This document shows, piece after piece, positions 35,901 to 48,962 of a stretch of 64,000 nt of DNA. The stretch spans positions 1,116,001 through 1,180,000 of the forward strand of contig OZ218961.1 in NCBI GenBank assembly GCA_965112735.1. The letters run 5' to 3'. The notes beneath the pieces are model-generated. The model was not told the DNA's origin, searched no databases, and saw nothing but the letters and a program-made list of their open reading frames with translations. Position 1 is the stretch's first letter, and every line of letters starts with the position of its first letter. Made by a program: the position numbers and the translations under genes. This stretch comes from Phaeosaccion multiseriatum (Eukaryota > Protista > Ochrophyta, other classes).

Positions 35901-38900
35901 AGGAGGAGGAGGAGGAGGATGAGGATGAGGAGGAGGAGGGGGAGGGGGAGGGGGAGGAGAAGGAGGAGGTGGTGGTGGTGGAGGAGGAGGAGGAGGAGGG
36001 AGAGGGGGGGGGCGAGGAGACGGGTCACCAGAAGGAGGGGGAGAAGGAGGAGGGCGAGAACGGAGGAGGGGAAGGTGGAGAGGGGGGAAGCCTGGAAGAG
36101 AGCGGGGTGAGAAAGAGCGGTGGGAGAAGAGGTAGGCAGGGTAAGGGGAAGAAGAAGGGAGGGGTAGGGACGAAGGCCGATTCGTTGGGCCAAGCTGCAG
36201 TGGAGCAGACGGACAAGGAGGGGCAGGAGGGCGGGGGGGACAGCGAGGAGGACAAGGAGGAGGAGGGGGAGGGGGAGGGAACGGAGGAGAGGGAGGACGA
36301 GGAGGAGGACGACGGTGACGAGGAGAAGGAAGACGAAGACAAGAAGGAAGAGGGGAAGAGGAAGAGGCCCTCGCTTATTAAAGACACGAAGCAACAAGCA
36401 AGCAGGGCACAAGCGGCCGAGAAGGAAGAAGGAGTAGGAGGAGAAGGGGGTGGACGTAGTAGTGGTGGGGCATCGCAGCAACGAAGTGAAAGCGACGGTC
36501 GTGGTGGTATTGGTGATCATGTTCGTGGTCGTGGTCGCCAACTGTCAGCCGGCCAGCGCCCGCTCATCGTGTCGCTCCTCCTGGGCAAGCAGCACGAGAC
36601 TCAAGCCACTCTTGATGCCCTCCAGGCCAAGGTCGAGAAGCTGACTACTGAGGCTCTCGACAAGGACCAGAGGGGCAGGGCGGAGCAGCTCAAACTCACA
36701 CAGGTAGGGGGTTGGTTGGTTGGTTGGTTGGTTGGTTGGTTGGTTGGTTGGTTGGTTGGTTGGTTGGTTGGCTGGTTGGTTGGTTGGTTGGTTGGTTGGT
36801 TGGTTGGTTGGTGGGTTGGTTGGTTGGTTGGTTGGTGGGTTGGTTGGTTGGATGGATGGATGGTTGGTTGGTTGGTTGGTGGGTTGGTTGGTTGGTTGGT
36901 TGGTTGGTGGGTTGGTTGGTTGGATGGTTGGTTGGTTGGTTGGTTGGTTCTTGCTGTGCAAAGAAGTTGCTTTTGCTTTTTAGACTGCTGCCCCATCTCC
37001 CTCCCCTCCCCTCCTCTCTCCCCCCCTCGCTCAGACCACAACTCGCTTCGAGGGCTCCATTATGTCACTGCTGCAAGACCCCTGCAGCTTCATTCATTCC
37101 GACCAAGTCTTCCCCGACCTCCTTAGCGCCGTTGGTCTACCCTCCCTTCAGTCACAGGTAGCCTACTACTATTGGTGATACGTTTGATTGTTCACTTGTA
37201 ACCCCCTCCCTCCCTCCCTCCCTCCCTCCCTCCCCTCCCTTCCTCCGTATCACCAACATCCCCCCCCCCCTTCACAGATAGCGTACATCAGCGGCAAAGT
37301 GCTCCTCCCGATCCCCAACATTTACAACGCCATTGTGCGAGTTGTCAAGGCGGTAAGTGCGTGTCTGTGTCTCTGCCTTAGGAGTGTGTGTGTGTGTGCG
37401 CGTCTGTCTCTCTACCTTAGGAGTGTGTGTGTGTGTGCGTGTCTGTGTCTCTACCTTAGGAGTGTGTGCGTGTGTGCGTGTCTGTGTCTCTACCTTAGGA
37501 GTGTGTGCGTGTGTGCGTGTCTGTGTCTCTACCTTAGGAGTGTGTGTGTGTGTGTGCGTGTCTGTGTCTCTACCTTAGGAGTGTGTGCGTGTGTGCGTGT
37601 CTGTGTCTCTACCTTAGGAGTGTGTGTGCCCGCGCGCGCGCGCGTGTGTGTGTGTGTGTGTGCGTGTGTGTGTGTGTGTGCGTGTGTGCGTGTGTGTGTG
37701 TGTATGTGCGTGCGTGCGCGTATGTGTGGTCCATCACGGCCTCCTGCCCAACCGTTGTTCTGTGATATCAACCGACTGCTGCTGTATCACCAACTGCGGC
37801 GGTAAACCTAACTGCTGCTACTGTGATGTATCATCAACTGCTGCTACGATACCACCAACTGCTGTATCACAGATGCACCGGAGTCACAGGGAGCTCTCTG
37901 GCACGTTTCACGCCATTGCTCAAGCCGCCCCTGCAGTGGGTATGCAGGTGGGTTGTTAAAAGTGTGGGTGGGTGGGTGGGTGTCAGGACAGAGGGTGGGT
38001 GTCAGGACAGAGGGTGGGTGTCAGGACAGGTATGCAGGTGGGTGGGTGGGTGGGTGGGCAGTGAGGTATGCAGGTGGGTGAGTGGGTGGGCAGTGAGGGA
38101 GACACACAGGCGTGTCTCACTTCCTCCTTTTCTCACTCACTCACTCACTCACTGACTCACTCACTAGCTTACTAACTCACTCACTCACTCACTCACTCAC
38201 TCACTGACTCACTCACACACTCACTCACTCACTCACTCACTCACTCACTGACTCACTCACTCACTCACTCACTCACTCACTCACTCACTCACTCACTCAC
38301 TCACTCACTCACCCACTCACTCACTCACTCACTCACTCTCTCACTCACTCACTCACTCACTCACTCTCTCACTCACTCACTCACTCACTCACTCACTCTC
38401 TCACTCACTCACTCACTCACTCACTCACTCACAGTTTACTGACTAACTCACTCACTCGCTCACTCGCCCACTCCCTCCCAAACGCCCACTTATCCCCCCT
38501 CCCCCCAACACACAGGGTGAGCGTGGCCTGTCAAAGTTTCTGTACGAGCAGCAATTACAAGAGCACTCCGGAGTTTCCTCCGCTCACGCCCGTATCAGGC
38601 ACTTACTGGTGTGTAGTAAGTCACTGAAAGTCGCCTCCTAATTGATAGCTTGACTGGGCCCATGCAGTGCCATCCACTGCCATCCACTGCCATCCACTGC
38701 CATCCGCCGTTTCCCTCCGTTCTTGGTGGTGTGCTGCCATATGTTACTCAAAGGCTCCTCCTTTCTTTGACTTTGTACATGCTTTTGAAGAGGGTTAGGG
38801 TATGGGTGCTCGATGGAGCGACTGACTAGCGCACACATGCACTGCCATCCATGCATCCATCCGTCCATCCATTGCCATCCATCCATTGCCATCCATCCAT

Positions 38901-39157
38901 CCATCCATTGCCTTCTTTCCCTTACGAACAGGTCTCGCTGGTGATGTGGCATCCCCCCGCCGCAGCTGCTCGAGCGGTCAAGCTGCCCCGACCTCTGAAC
39001 GCCTCCGAACAGGCCATGGTGGGACACTTCCAGAAGATTTTAAGGGTGCGTGCTTGTGTATGTGTGTGTGTGTGTGCGTGTGTGGGTGTGCGTGTGTGTG
39101 TGTGTGTGTTTGTGTTTGTGTGTGTGCGTATGTGTGTATGTATGTGTGTGTGTGTGC

Positions 39158-39188
<31 letters not shown>

Positions 39189-40750
39189 GGTGGGTGTGTG
39201 TCTTCTACAGTAGGGGTGATGTTGCTCTTGATAGTCTTCTGTAACGCTTTCCTCTCTATGCTCCCTTCCCCCATCTTCTCCTCTCCTCTCGCCTCCCCTC
39301 TCCCCTCTCCCCTCTCCCCTCCCATCCATTGCCATCTACAGCTGTCTCACAACGAGAACTTCTCTCCCTCGGAGGAGCTTCTGTGGTTACGAGTCTTTCA
39401 ATTCCTCGAGGAGTTCATCCCTCTCGCCCCAAGCTCAGTCGCCCGGCGGAAAGGAGCAGCAGCAGCAGGAGGAGGAGGAGCAGCAGCAGGAGGAGAAGGA
39501 GGGACAGCGAAGAGCGGCGTGAATCGTCATATGGCGACTCCTTTGATTCCACTCCGTATAGCAAAAGCCGCACTAGAGCAGCTCTTTGAAGGCGCACGGG
39601 AGCTTCGCATCAACAAGGTGATCGTCGCCAAGGCTCAGCGGGCGGAGGACCAACGCCACCACCACCACCACCACCACCATCACAGCTTTACAGATGATGA
39701 CGACGGTGGGCGGGGGATGGCAGTGGATGGGAGCAGCGGTGGTGATGAGAGCGATTTGGCCAAGCGTTATGGCGGAGCATTCCTGTCAGGGCCGAATGTG
39801 AACTCAAGAGTGGGACAGCGGTATGCCGAGGAGATGGAAGCACATCGCCTGGCTGTGCAGGTGCGTGTAGGCCAAGGGGTGGGGTGGAGTGGGGGGGTAG
39901 AGTGAATTAGGGTGTGGTACCGTACCGCGCTACCTAGCGCATACTCTTACTCGTGGTCTGCTTCTCCCTCTCCCTCTCCCTCTCTCTCTCTCCTTCACTC
40001 TTCCTCTCTCACCTCTCTCTCCCCCTCCCCCTTCTCTCTCTCTCCCTTTTGTTCCTCTCCCTCCCCCTCCCTCCCTCCCTCCCTCCCTCCCTCCCTCCCC
40101 CTCCCTCCCTCCCTGCCTCCTTCTTTCCCCCCCTATCTCCGCCTCCTTCTCCCCCTCCTCTCCCCTCCCCCCCCCCCCATCTCTCCCCCCCCCCCCTCTC
40201 TCCCCCCCATCTCCCGACAGAGACGACGCATGCTGAAGTTCTGGGACCGAGAGCTTGCGCTTGGTGGGGTGTCAAATCCTTGGCGGCTTGTGTGTAAGCC
40301 TGTGGTGCAGAACGCGTTTCGCTATCTCACTAGCATGACGCCGATGAGCGGAGGTGAGTGAGCGAGTGAGTGAGTGAGGGAGGGAGTGAGCGAGTGAGTG
40401 AGTGAGGGAGTGAGTGAGTGAGTGAGTGAGTGAGTGAGTGAGTGAGTGAGTGAGTGAGTGAGTGAGTGAGTGAGTGAGTGAGTGAGTGAGTGAGTGAGTG
40501 AGTGAGTGAGTGAGTGAGTGAGTGAGTGAGTGAGTGAGTGAGTGAGTGAGTGAGTGAGTGAGTGAGTGAGTGAGTGAGTGACTGAGTGAGTGACTGAGTG
40601 AGTGAGTGAGTGACTGAGTGACTGAGTGACTGAGTGACTGAGTAACTGAGTGACTGACTGAGTGACTGAGTGACTGAGTGACTGAGTGAGAGAGTGAGTG
40701 AGTGAGTGAGTGAGTGAGTGAGTGACAGAGTAATGCATAGGGTCAGGCGA

Positions 40751-40787
<37 letters not shown>

Positions 40788-42016
40788 TCCCTTGCTCTCC
40801 CTCTCCTCCCTCCCTCTCGCCCCCCCCCCCCCCCTCCCCCCTTGCGCTCTCCCCCCCTCCCCTCTCCCTCACCCACCCCTTGCCATCCCTCGCTATGCGT
40901 AGGAGAGCATGTCACCCTCTTCGATGTGATGGACACAGCCATAGAGAGGGGCTGGAGGCTCAACAGACAGCAGCTCTTGCGCACCCTCGCCACCGTTTTT
41001 GAGGTACGTTGGAGAGAGGGAGGGAGAGAGAGGGGGGGGGGGTATTTATTGACTTGAAGGAATCACTCTAAGAAGTACCTATGTGAGAGAGAGAGAATGA
41101 GAGAGGACGAGCGAGAGAGGGGGCGGGGGGGGGGAGAGAATGAGAGGGGTAGAGAGGAGAGGGAGAGGGAGAGAGAGAGAGAGGGAGGGAGGGAGGTAGA
41201 GAGACGACTCGTTGACTTGAGACGGAGGTAGAGAGAGGAATCATTGACTTTGAGTGAGTGAGTGCCTTTCTAACAGGGGGTGGGCTTTGAGAATGGGTAC
41301 CTCGATGCCCACTTTCACCATTTCATTGACTTCTCACCACTTTCTATGCGTCACTGCCTTATTGTTGTATCACCATCGCGGGCGCAAACCCCTAACTGCA
41401 AACTGCAAACTGCAACAACATCACTGTCGTCGTAACTGTCGCAGGTGGTGGACTTGAGTGGCGAGCTCAGTCTCGTGGAGCTGTCAACAGTGATGCAGCT
41501 GGTGGAGCCTGCCGCCGCCTCACCCCACATCATTCGTAAGCTCTATACGCACATTCTCCTCTCCGCCACACATCGGTACCGAGGAGGGTCGAGTGGGAAC
41601 ACCGGAGGGTCAGGGCCAGTGCTTGGCAGGCGAGGGTCGGGGGGTGGAGACACAGCCACTACTGCCGCTGCTGTATCACCAACTGCTACTGCTACGGCTG
41701 CTGCTGCTGCCGCTTCTGGTGGTGGTGGTGGCAGCGGGGCTGTCCATGCCGGTGCTACTGCCGCTGCTGCCGCCGCTACTGCTGATAGTGGTGGCGGTGC
41801 TGGTGGAGGTGGTGCGGGAGCAGCAGCAGGAGGAGGAGGAGTGGGAGGAGGAGGAGCGGACGGTAGCGGCAACCCTATCGGCATGGGCGGGCAGGTGCGT
41901 GTGTGGGCATTACTGATATGGGAATCCATCTGTGACTTACTCAACTGTGTGTGTGAGTGAGTGAGTGAGTGAGTGAGTGCGTGAGTGCGTGAGTGCGTGA
42001 GTGCGTGAGTGAGTGA

Positions 42017-42058
<42 letters not shown>

Positions 42059-43821
42059 GTACGTGTGTGTATACCGAACTGAGCTGAATGATTTCACCCT
42101 CAAGTGCCATCTGCGCATGCCTCACAGCAACGATCGATTGGGTAACCACGTCTTGATTGGGTAACCACGTCTTGATTGGGTAACCACGTCCTCCTGATTG
42201 GGTAACCACGTCCTCCTGATTGGGTAACCACGTCCTCCTGATTGTGTAACCACGTCTTGATTGGGTAACCACGTCCTCCTGATTGGGTAACCACGTCCTC
42301 CTGATTGGGTAACCACGTCCTCCTGATTGGGTAACCAGGTAACGCCTGAGATGATGGCTGAGGCGCTGGTGGACTTCCCCTTGCCCTGCTCCGGCCTCGC
42401 ACCCCTTTTCAACCTCAACGACGAGGACTTCAGCAAGCTTGTGCTCAAGGAGGCCGCTGAGGTGCGTACGTAAGGTTACGGATGCGAGATTGAGATTCCA
42501 TGCCTATATACCTATATGTAGAGAGAGAGAGAGAGAAAGTGGGGATTGGTTCGGAATGAGAGAGAGAGAATGAGGGAGAGAGAGGAGGGAGAGAGAGGGA
42601 GAGAGGGGGAGACAGAGATGGGGGTAGAGACAGAGACAGACAGAGAGAGAGAGAGACAGACGGAGAGAGAGACAGAGAGAGACAGAGAGAGACAGAGAGA
42701 GACAGAAAAGAGTGTATTGCTATAAGATGTGGTTTGCTGCACTGCGCAAGATTCCGTGTGGTTGATTTCCCGAGGGGGGTGGGAGGGGGGAAGGGTTCCA
42801 TGGTTCTTTCTTTCTATCGTACCCACTGGAAATACTGGGTGCTGCATGTTCGCTTGCCTCGCTTCTCTCGTCTCTTGCGTCTCTCCCCTCCTCTTCTCTC
42901 TTCTCTCTCCTCCCTCCCCTCTCCACTCTCGCCTCCCGCCGTCTCGTCTTGATTTGGCTTGGCACTCTCTCTCACACACGTGTGTGCACGCACACACACA
43001 CATACGCACAAACGTCTCGCTCTCTCTCTCACACACACATACACACGCATACACATACTCTCTCTCTTACACACACACACACACACGCACTCACGTTGGT
43101 GATACTCCCTCACAGGCCCAACGAATCCGCACGTCACTAGTGCACAGCCTTTTTGAAGGTCAGGAAGATGACGTCACCACAGAAAAGGATGACGTCAGCC
43201 TCATAGATGCAAGGGGGAGGTGAGTGAGTTTTGGTACCTCGTCTAGGAGGAGGAGGAGGAGGAGGAGGAGGAGGAGGAGGAGGAGGAGGAGGCCTGTTGA
43301 GGAGAGATGCACCTCCGTTTGCTTCGTGCTTTGTGCTTCCTGTTGCTTGCTCATCTCGCCCTGTGTACTCCCTCTGCCTCCTTTCGCACACACACACACC
43401 CTCACACCTTCAATGCCCCTCCTTCTTATCCCATCCCTTCGGTCCTCCTGTCATTCTGCACGCGCCCGCACCCCCACCCACCCACCCACCCACCCACATA
43501 CACGTGTTGGACCTCCATTGCAGACAAATCATGGTGTTTGCCAACACCGCGAGAGTGGACGACAATGAGGACAATATCGCACGACTTTGGATCAGTTGTC
43601 ATCTCCTCCGAACCGAGATTGACCTCGTGCGCCTGTGGGGTAGCGTGGTGCACGCGCCGCAGTACCAAAGGGCCTTGCAAGACGGCCTCCGCGCCATTTG
43701 TCGGAGGCGTTTCACGGCATGGAGGCTGTGGTGCGAGCAGAGCAAGAGAGAGCGGGGCAAGGGGCGAGTGGGTCGAGTGTCAGGAGGGTTAGTTTCAGTG
43801 CCAGTGGTCGGCGATGACTGA
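29993..43821 (+). CDS. AXDND1-like axonemal dynein light chain (p28-type) domain protein with a C-terminal EF-hand-like region, ~17 exons
   Basis: Exons ~29993-30302, 30788-31868, 32190-32308, 33027-33096 ([14 protein letters not shown]), 33514-34284 ([12 protein letters not shown]...[32 protein letters not shown], matching the p28 signature F.E.iRQV...C.ERG.LL), 34640-36703, 37279-37352, 37873-37939, 38516-~38610 ([24 protein letters not shown]), 38932-39045, 39342-39860, 40220-40353, 40903-41003, 41446-41894 ([15 protein letters not shown]), 42339-42461, 43116-43219, 43524-43821. Confidence 0.7.
32415..32828. repeat. (GAGT)n intronic microsatellite (others at 40354-40725; (CACT)n at 23438-23760 and 38133-38430)
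   Basis: Directly visible. Confidence 0.95.
36710..36948. repeat. (GGTT)n intronic microsatellite
   Basis: Directly visible, immediately after the donor at 36704. Confidence 0.95.
37356..37628. repeat. ~38-40-bp minisatellite (gtgcgtgtctgtgtctctaccttaggagtgtgtg..) x7
   Basis: Starts inside the donor gtaagtgcgt of the exon ending at 37352. Confidence 0.9.
42137..42337. repeat. 18/21-bp minisatellite GATTGGGTAACCACGTC(CTC)[C/T]T x10, ending at the acceptor AG
   Basis: Directly visible. The last unit ends gtaaccag|GTAACG. Confidence 0.92.
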
Positions 43822-44542
43822 GGAGAAGCCTGGACCCCGAGTCTTCTTCAGATGATACTCACACTTTGTTGGAGAAAGCATAGGAAGCTTCTCCATATCG
43901 ACATCGACCCCATTTTTAGAAGTGTTCGACTTTTCTACTAGTTCGAAGTAGTACTTTAGAAGGTCTCGTAGGAAGTGTAAAGTGGGCCCTGGCTGAGGGG
44001 CCGAGAGAAGACAAGAGAAACGGACCGTGCGAATGAATGAACGGACCCACATGGCCCCGCCCCTTGAAAGTACCCCTTGTTTGGTGCTTCCGTGGTGCAG
44101 CACATCCAAAGGGTGGCCACTTTGAATTCATTTGACGTTTAATAATAACTTCTACTGTACCCATCATCTTAGCGAAAGTCCTTCCTTATCTTGAGAGACA
44201 AGATGATGCACCCGTCGTTGGGGTCTGCCAGAGGGTAAAATCTGATTGGCTTCCCACGCTTCCTGCCTCCTACCTTACTTCTTTAGTGTAATTAAAAACC
44301 GAAGCCACTCGCTGGCGTCTTTAACATAACATTACGCTGGGGGCGGAGTAGGAACTTTGACTCCCCGCCCCACCATGGTATAGAAGCGACGTCTGACAGC
44401 CCCAAAGGATCGGTCAGAGGCCGCCATACCTTACCTGTGGAGGAGTGTGGGGGGGGGGGGGCAGAGTGCTGCAGCTGGCTGGCTCGAAGGGGCCGGCTCA
44501 CTCCAAAGGGCGGGCTGCATGCCCACTGCACAGCTCACTCAC

Positions 44543-46033
44543 TCAATCGTGCTCCTCTCCCTCCTCGAAACTTACAAAGTCGAGCCAGTCCATCTCCTCT
44601 GACTCGTCCAGTGGCTTGCTCGCTTCCACCTCCACTGCGGAAGGCAGTACAAGGCCGTTGCTCTCGGGCTCGAAGCAGGCATTCAACGCTCGGGGGCTCA
44701 TGTTTGGTCGCAAAAGGAAGGGTCGTCGCTGCCCTTTCGGAAGGTCAGGACAAAGGAAGCGGATTTCGCCCACGGCACCATCGCTGCTGCCCCCGCCCCC
44801 TCCCTCCTGCCCTCCGTCCACCGGAGTGACCTCTGAACTCAGAGGCTGCTTCATAAGCCCCCACAGCCCACAACCTCTTGGAGCAGCAGCAGCGGCGGCG
44901 GCGCCTTCGAACCCACCATCACTGGGAGCAGCTACAGCACCAGCATCGGCGGCGGTGTCCGTAGCAGCTATCGCCTGCGTCTGGTGGGGCGTAGGAGGGG
45001 TTGAGGAGCCTCTACGCAACTTCTGCACTCCCTCCGCTCCCTCCTTGTCGCCATCTGCTGTCGTCGTCCCCCTGTTCCTCTCCTCCTGGTCCTCCTGGTC
45101 CTCCTCCTCCTCCTCCTCCTCCTCCTTGTCCGTCTCCTCCTCCACATGAGCAAGCTTAGGCTTTCTCATCTTGGGGCACTCCTTGCCTCTCTTGACGCTC
45201 TTGACGGCCATTTCGATGCCCCCCGCCCTCCCCCCCTTGATCAAGATCGGCTTCTTGCTTGCAGGACCACTACGGCCCTTCGTGCGTCCCTTCCCGCTCT
45301 TGATGTTCTTGACGCTCTTGACGCTCTTGACGCTCTGTTTCCTCGGAAGGCCCCTAAGGATTGTGGCGCCAAAGTCCGCCCCATTGGGAGTGGGCCAGGG
45401 CTGGAGCAAATTTGCATGCCCTACCTTAGCCAGTATCGGGTCCAGGACGAAGCGCGCCGTGTCCAAGTGTTTGCGGACCCCTTCACCAGCTTTCACCAGC
45501 TTGAAGTGATAGTAGCTGAGCTGGCGGGCAAAGTTCGCGAAGCTGAGGCAAGACAATAAAAGGCGAGTGCATGCAGGCGGCGGAAGCGCGACACAAGGGT
45601 GAGGGCACGCTCGAGTCCTTGGTGGGGGTGAGCAGCTGCGGCGGGGGAGGGTTGGCGCCCTTCTCGCTTGCGCACTTCTTCTCACCTTTTGAATCTTGTC
45701 ACGGTCTTCATGACGCCCACCTTGCTGTGGACAGTGAGGGTACCTTCCAGAGTCGAGAGACGCAATTGTTCAGGAGTGAGCATTGGAAGCCAATTGACGT
45801 CTCGGAACGGGCAACACAAAGGAACATGAGCAGGGGAGGTATGCATTGAACGAACTCACTCACTCACCATTCTCAAAGCGTATGGTGTCGTGCATGCTTG
45901 GGTCTTGATGCAAGTCCAGGAGCAGCTCGATGAACGATGCATCAGAGCTTGTGCGAGGATCCACCGCAGCGACAGCCCCCCCCTCGCTCACCCGTGGAAT
46001 CGGCTGTCTCGCTGCTCGCTGCGCCCTCGCCAT
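44543..46033 (-). CDS. Divergent HSF-type DBD protein, paralogue D, near-identical to A (exons 45868-46033, 45686-45743, 44543-45542)
   Basis: Exon 1 and 2 lengths (166, 58) equal those of A, and intron 1 appears identical to A's. The ORF 44543..45685 matches 2895..4040 for ~100 aa, then shows scattered substitutions and in-frame indels. Confidence 0.8.
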
Positions 46034-47596
46034 CTCCTTTACGCTTGAGTGAGCTCCTCTTGAGCAGCCCTTTTTGTCCTGCTATAAGGTCTCTCTGCTA
46101 CTACCGTGTCCGTGGTGTGCGCCTCTGCTGCGTGTGCACCGTACCGAACAATTTTCTTTGGATGCTCAAGTGGTTCCTTTCTCGCTGCGCCACTTGCTCC
46201 CAGCAGCGTATATGCGCTCCTCAATAGCCCTTGTTGCGGCCTGTGTCTTGCTCTGACCTCTCCCTGCTGCTGTCTGCGGCTGTTGAGTGATCTCTGCTGA
46301 ACGTCGATATGAAAGCCGGCTTCCAGGGCTGTCCCAACGCCACCTCCTCTCGCGCCTTCCCTCCACAGTCTACTCTTCAGCAGCCCTTACAAGGGCTGAT
46401 GTGCTGTTTTGAGCGCCCCCTCTACTGCTGGAGAGCCTGCGTCCTCCTCCTGCTGCGCAGAGCCAGTATCAAGTCTCTGCTCTCGCAAGCCCCCGTTTGA
46501 ATTTTTGCCCAACTGGCGCCGCTCGGCCCAAGTGCTAGCTAAGATGCCGTTCTTCCCTGACTGGACCGCGTCGACGGCCGTTCTCGGCTCGTTCTTCTCC
46601 ACCTTTCTTACCCCCCCCTACCCTTTCATATACGCTGCCCCTGTCGTGTTGAGCTCCAGCTCGTGACTCTCTCAGCAATCCAAATGGCAAACAGCACTGA
46701 AATTGTGAACTAATCCTTACGTAAGTATGAGTTCCTAATTTCAGATAGCCGGCCCTCCCACACACGCACCCACATTGCTACTGACTACTGTATGCGTGAT
46801 GCAGAGTGGCGTCTTTCAGACAAGGCGGACGGGCGGAGCTGGAAGGTGCGCTCAGTGGAGACTTCGTGGCTGGCTTGCCTTGCCTACTCGACCTTTCCTC
46901 GCGAGAATGGAGGACGCGTACACTGTACGTGCGTGCAGAGAGAGGGAGAGAAAGAGACCAGTGGTGCAGCAGCTCCGAAGGAAGCCACTTTGAATAGATT
47001 CATTCGCGCCATTTTTCCATAATATTAACTAACTTTGAAAAAAAGAAAGACTACTTACTGCTCTATTACGGTGTGCCAGTGTGAGATTTTTTTAACCCCC
47101 CCCCGCCACACACACACACACACACCGCTGTATCACCAACTGCTGCACGGTGAAGTGCTCTATCACCATTTTAAACTTTTGCGCAGTGCTGTGCTTGCAG
47201 TCTCGGCTGAGGTCCAATATGGCAGGGACGTCAAAGCCAATGACTGCATCTATCCCTAGTACAAAATTTAAAATATCTTCCCCCTCCCCCGGGGGGACTT
47301 GTGTAGCCAGCGACGTCTGACAGCCCCAAAAGGATCTGTCAAAAGACCCATGCCTTACCTCTGCCCTCTGCAGGACTGAGTTGGGCTGGTGGAGTGTTGC
47401 AGCTGGCTGGCTCGAAGGGGCCGGCTCACTCCAAAGGGCGGGCTGCATGCCCACTGCACAGCTCACTCACTCACTCACTCACTCACTCACTCACTCACTC
47501 ACTCACTCACTCACTCGCGCTCCTCCCCTTCCTCAACGTACATCGTCACACGCATCCAGCAGCAGCTCCATGGGGTAGATGGGCACGGAAGGGCTC

Positions 47597-48962
47597 TCAA
47601 AGAGCATGTAGAAAGCGAGGATCTTCCTCCTCCCATACAGGGCGCGTCGGAAAGTCACGGCTCCCTGGTCGGAACGGCGCCGCGCTCCTGCTGACTTCGC
47701 TCAAGTGTAAGCTTGGGCTCATGATTGGGCGCCAAAAGAAGGGATCTTGCTGCCCTTGTGGATGGTCAGGACAGAGGCAGCGGACTCTGCCCCTCGCACC
47801 GCCGCGGCTGTCCTTCCTACCCCCTCCCTCCTGTCCGTCATCCTCCTGTGTGAGCACTGCACCACGAGGCTGCCTATGCCTCCTCCGCCTCCCACCACGA
47901 TGGGGAGCAGCAGCAGCAGGAGGAGCAGCCGCCGCTCCTTCCGTCTGGCAAGCTTTATCGGGTGTTGAGGAGCCTCGATGCAGCTCCTGCTGTCCCTCCG
48001 CCCCCTTCTCATCGTCATCTGCTGCCATCTTTCCCCTCTTCCTCTCCCTCTCCTCCCCCTTCTCCTGCTCGTCCTCCTCCTTCTCATCCGCCTCGTCCGT
48101 CTCCTCCTCCTCCTCCTCCTTGGCAAGCTTAAGCTTGCTCGTCTTGCGACACTCCTTACCCCTCTTGACGCTCTTGATGGCCGTCTCCGGAGCCGTGGCG
48201 CTTCCCTGCCCGCCCTCAACGCTCGTGGTGTTGTTCGGCTTCCTCCTGCGAAGGTGCCTGAGGATGATGGCAGCATAGTCATAGCCCGGCAGAGTGGGAG
48301 AGGGCCATGGCTGGGGCCAGTGAGGAAGGCCTGCCTCAGCCAGTGCTGCCCCGTCCAGAGTGTAGGTGGCCTCGTCGTGCACAGAGCCTCGAGCGCTCTC
48401 TGGTAACTTCTTTGGCTTCAACAACGCAAAGTTGTAGTAGCTGAGCTGGCACGCGAAGTTTTCGTAGCTGAAACAAAGCGAGAAGGGGCCAGTGGAGGCA
48501 GCAAGAGAGCGATACATCGGAGACAGCCAGCCTGCCGTTAGCTCGCGCAGGGGGTAGCAGCTGTGGCGGGCGAGGTGTACTGACGATTCGTGCTGCTGCA
48601 TGCATTCCTTCTTACCAGGAAAATCGATTGCGGAGTACTTTCATGAGGCTCTTCTTGCTGTAGACGTGGAGGGTACCTTCCAGAGCGGGCAAGTGTTCGT
48701 TCGGGGGTGAGTATGTTTGGAAGCCAAACGGCGCGTCTCGGAACGGTCAACACAAAGGAGCATGAGCAGAGGAGGCATTGAACGAACCCACTCACTCACC
48801 ATTCTCAAAGCGTATGATGCCGTGCATCTTTGGGTCTTGATGCAAGTTCAGGAGCAGATCGATGAACGGTGCACCAGAGCTTGTGCGAGGATCCACTGCA
48901 GCTTCAGCCCCCCCTTCAACTTGGGGGATGCGCTGGTTCCCTGCTCCCTGCGCCCTCGCCAT
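47597..48962 (-). CDS. Divergent HSF-type DBD protein, paralogue E: B-like ends with a distinct DBD core (exons 48800-48962, 48616-48676, 47597-48467)
   Basis: MARAQGAGNQRIPQV...PFIDLLLNLHQDPKMHGIIRFEN|GTLHVYSKKSLMKVLRNRFS|CYENFACQLSYYNFALLK...IILRHLRRRKPNNTTSVEGGQGS.... Exon 1 and the tail match B. Confidence 0.75.

Noticed and set aside
42137-42337. CRISPR-like appearance of short regular repeats (also 37356-37628 and 55226-55552)
   Set aside because: There are no unique spacers and no cas genes, and the context is eukaryotic introns. These are minisatellites.
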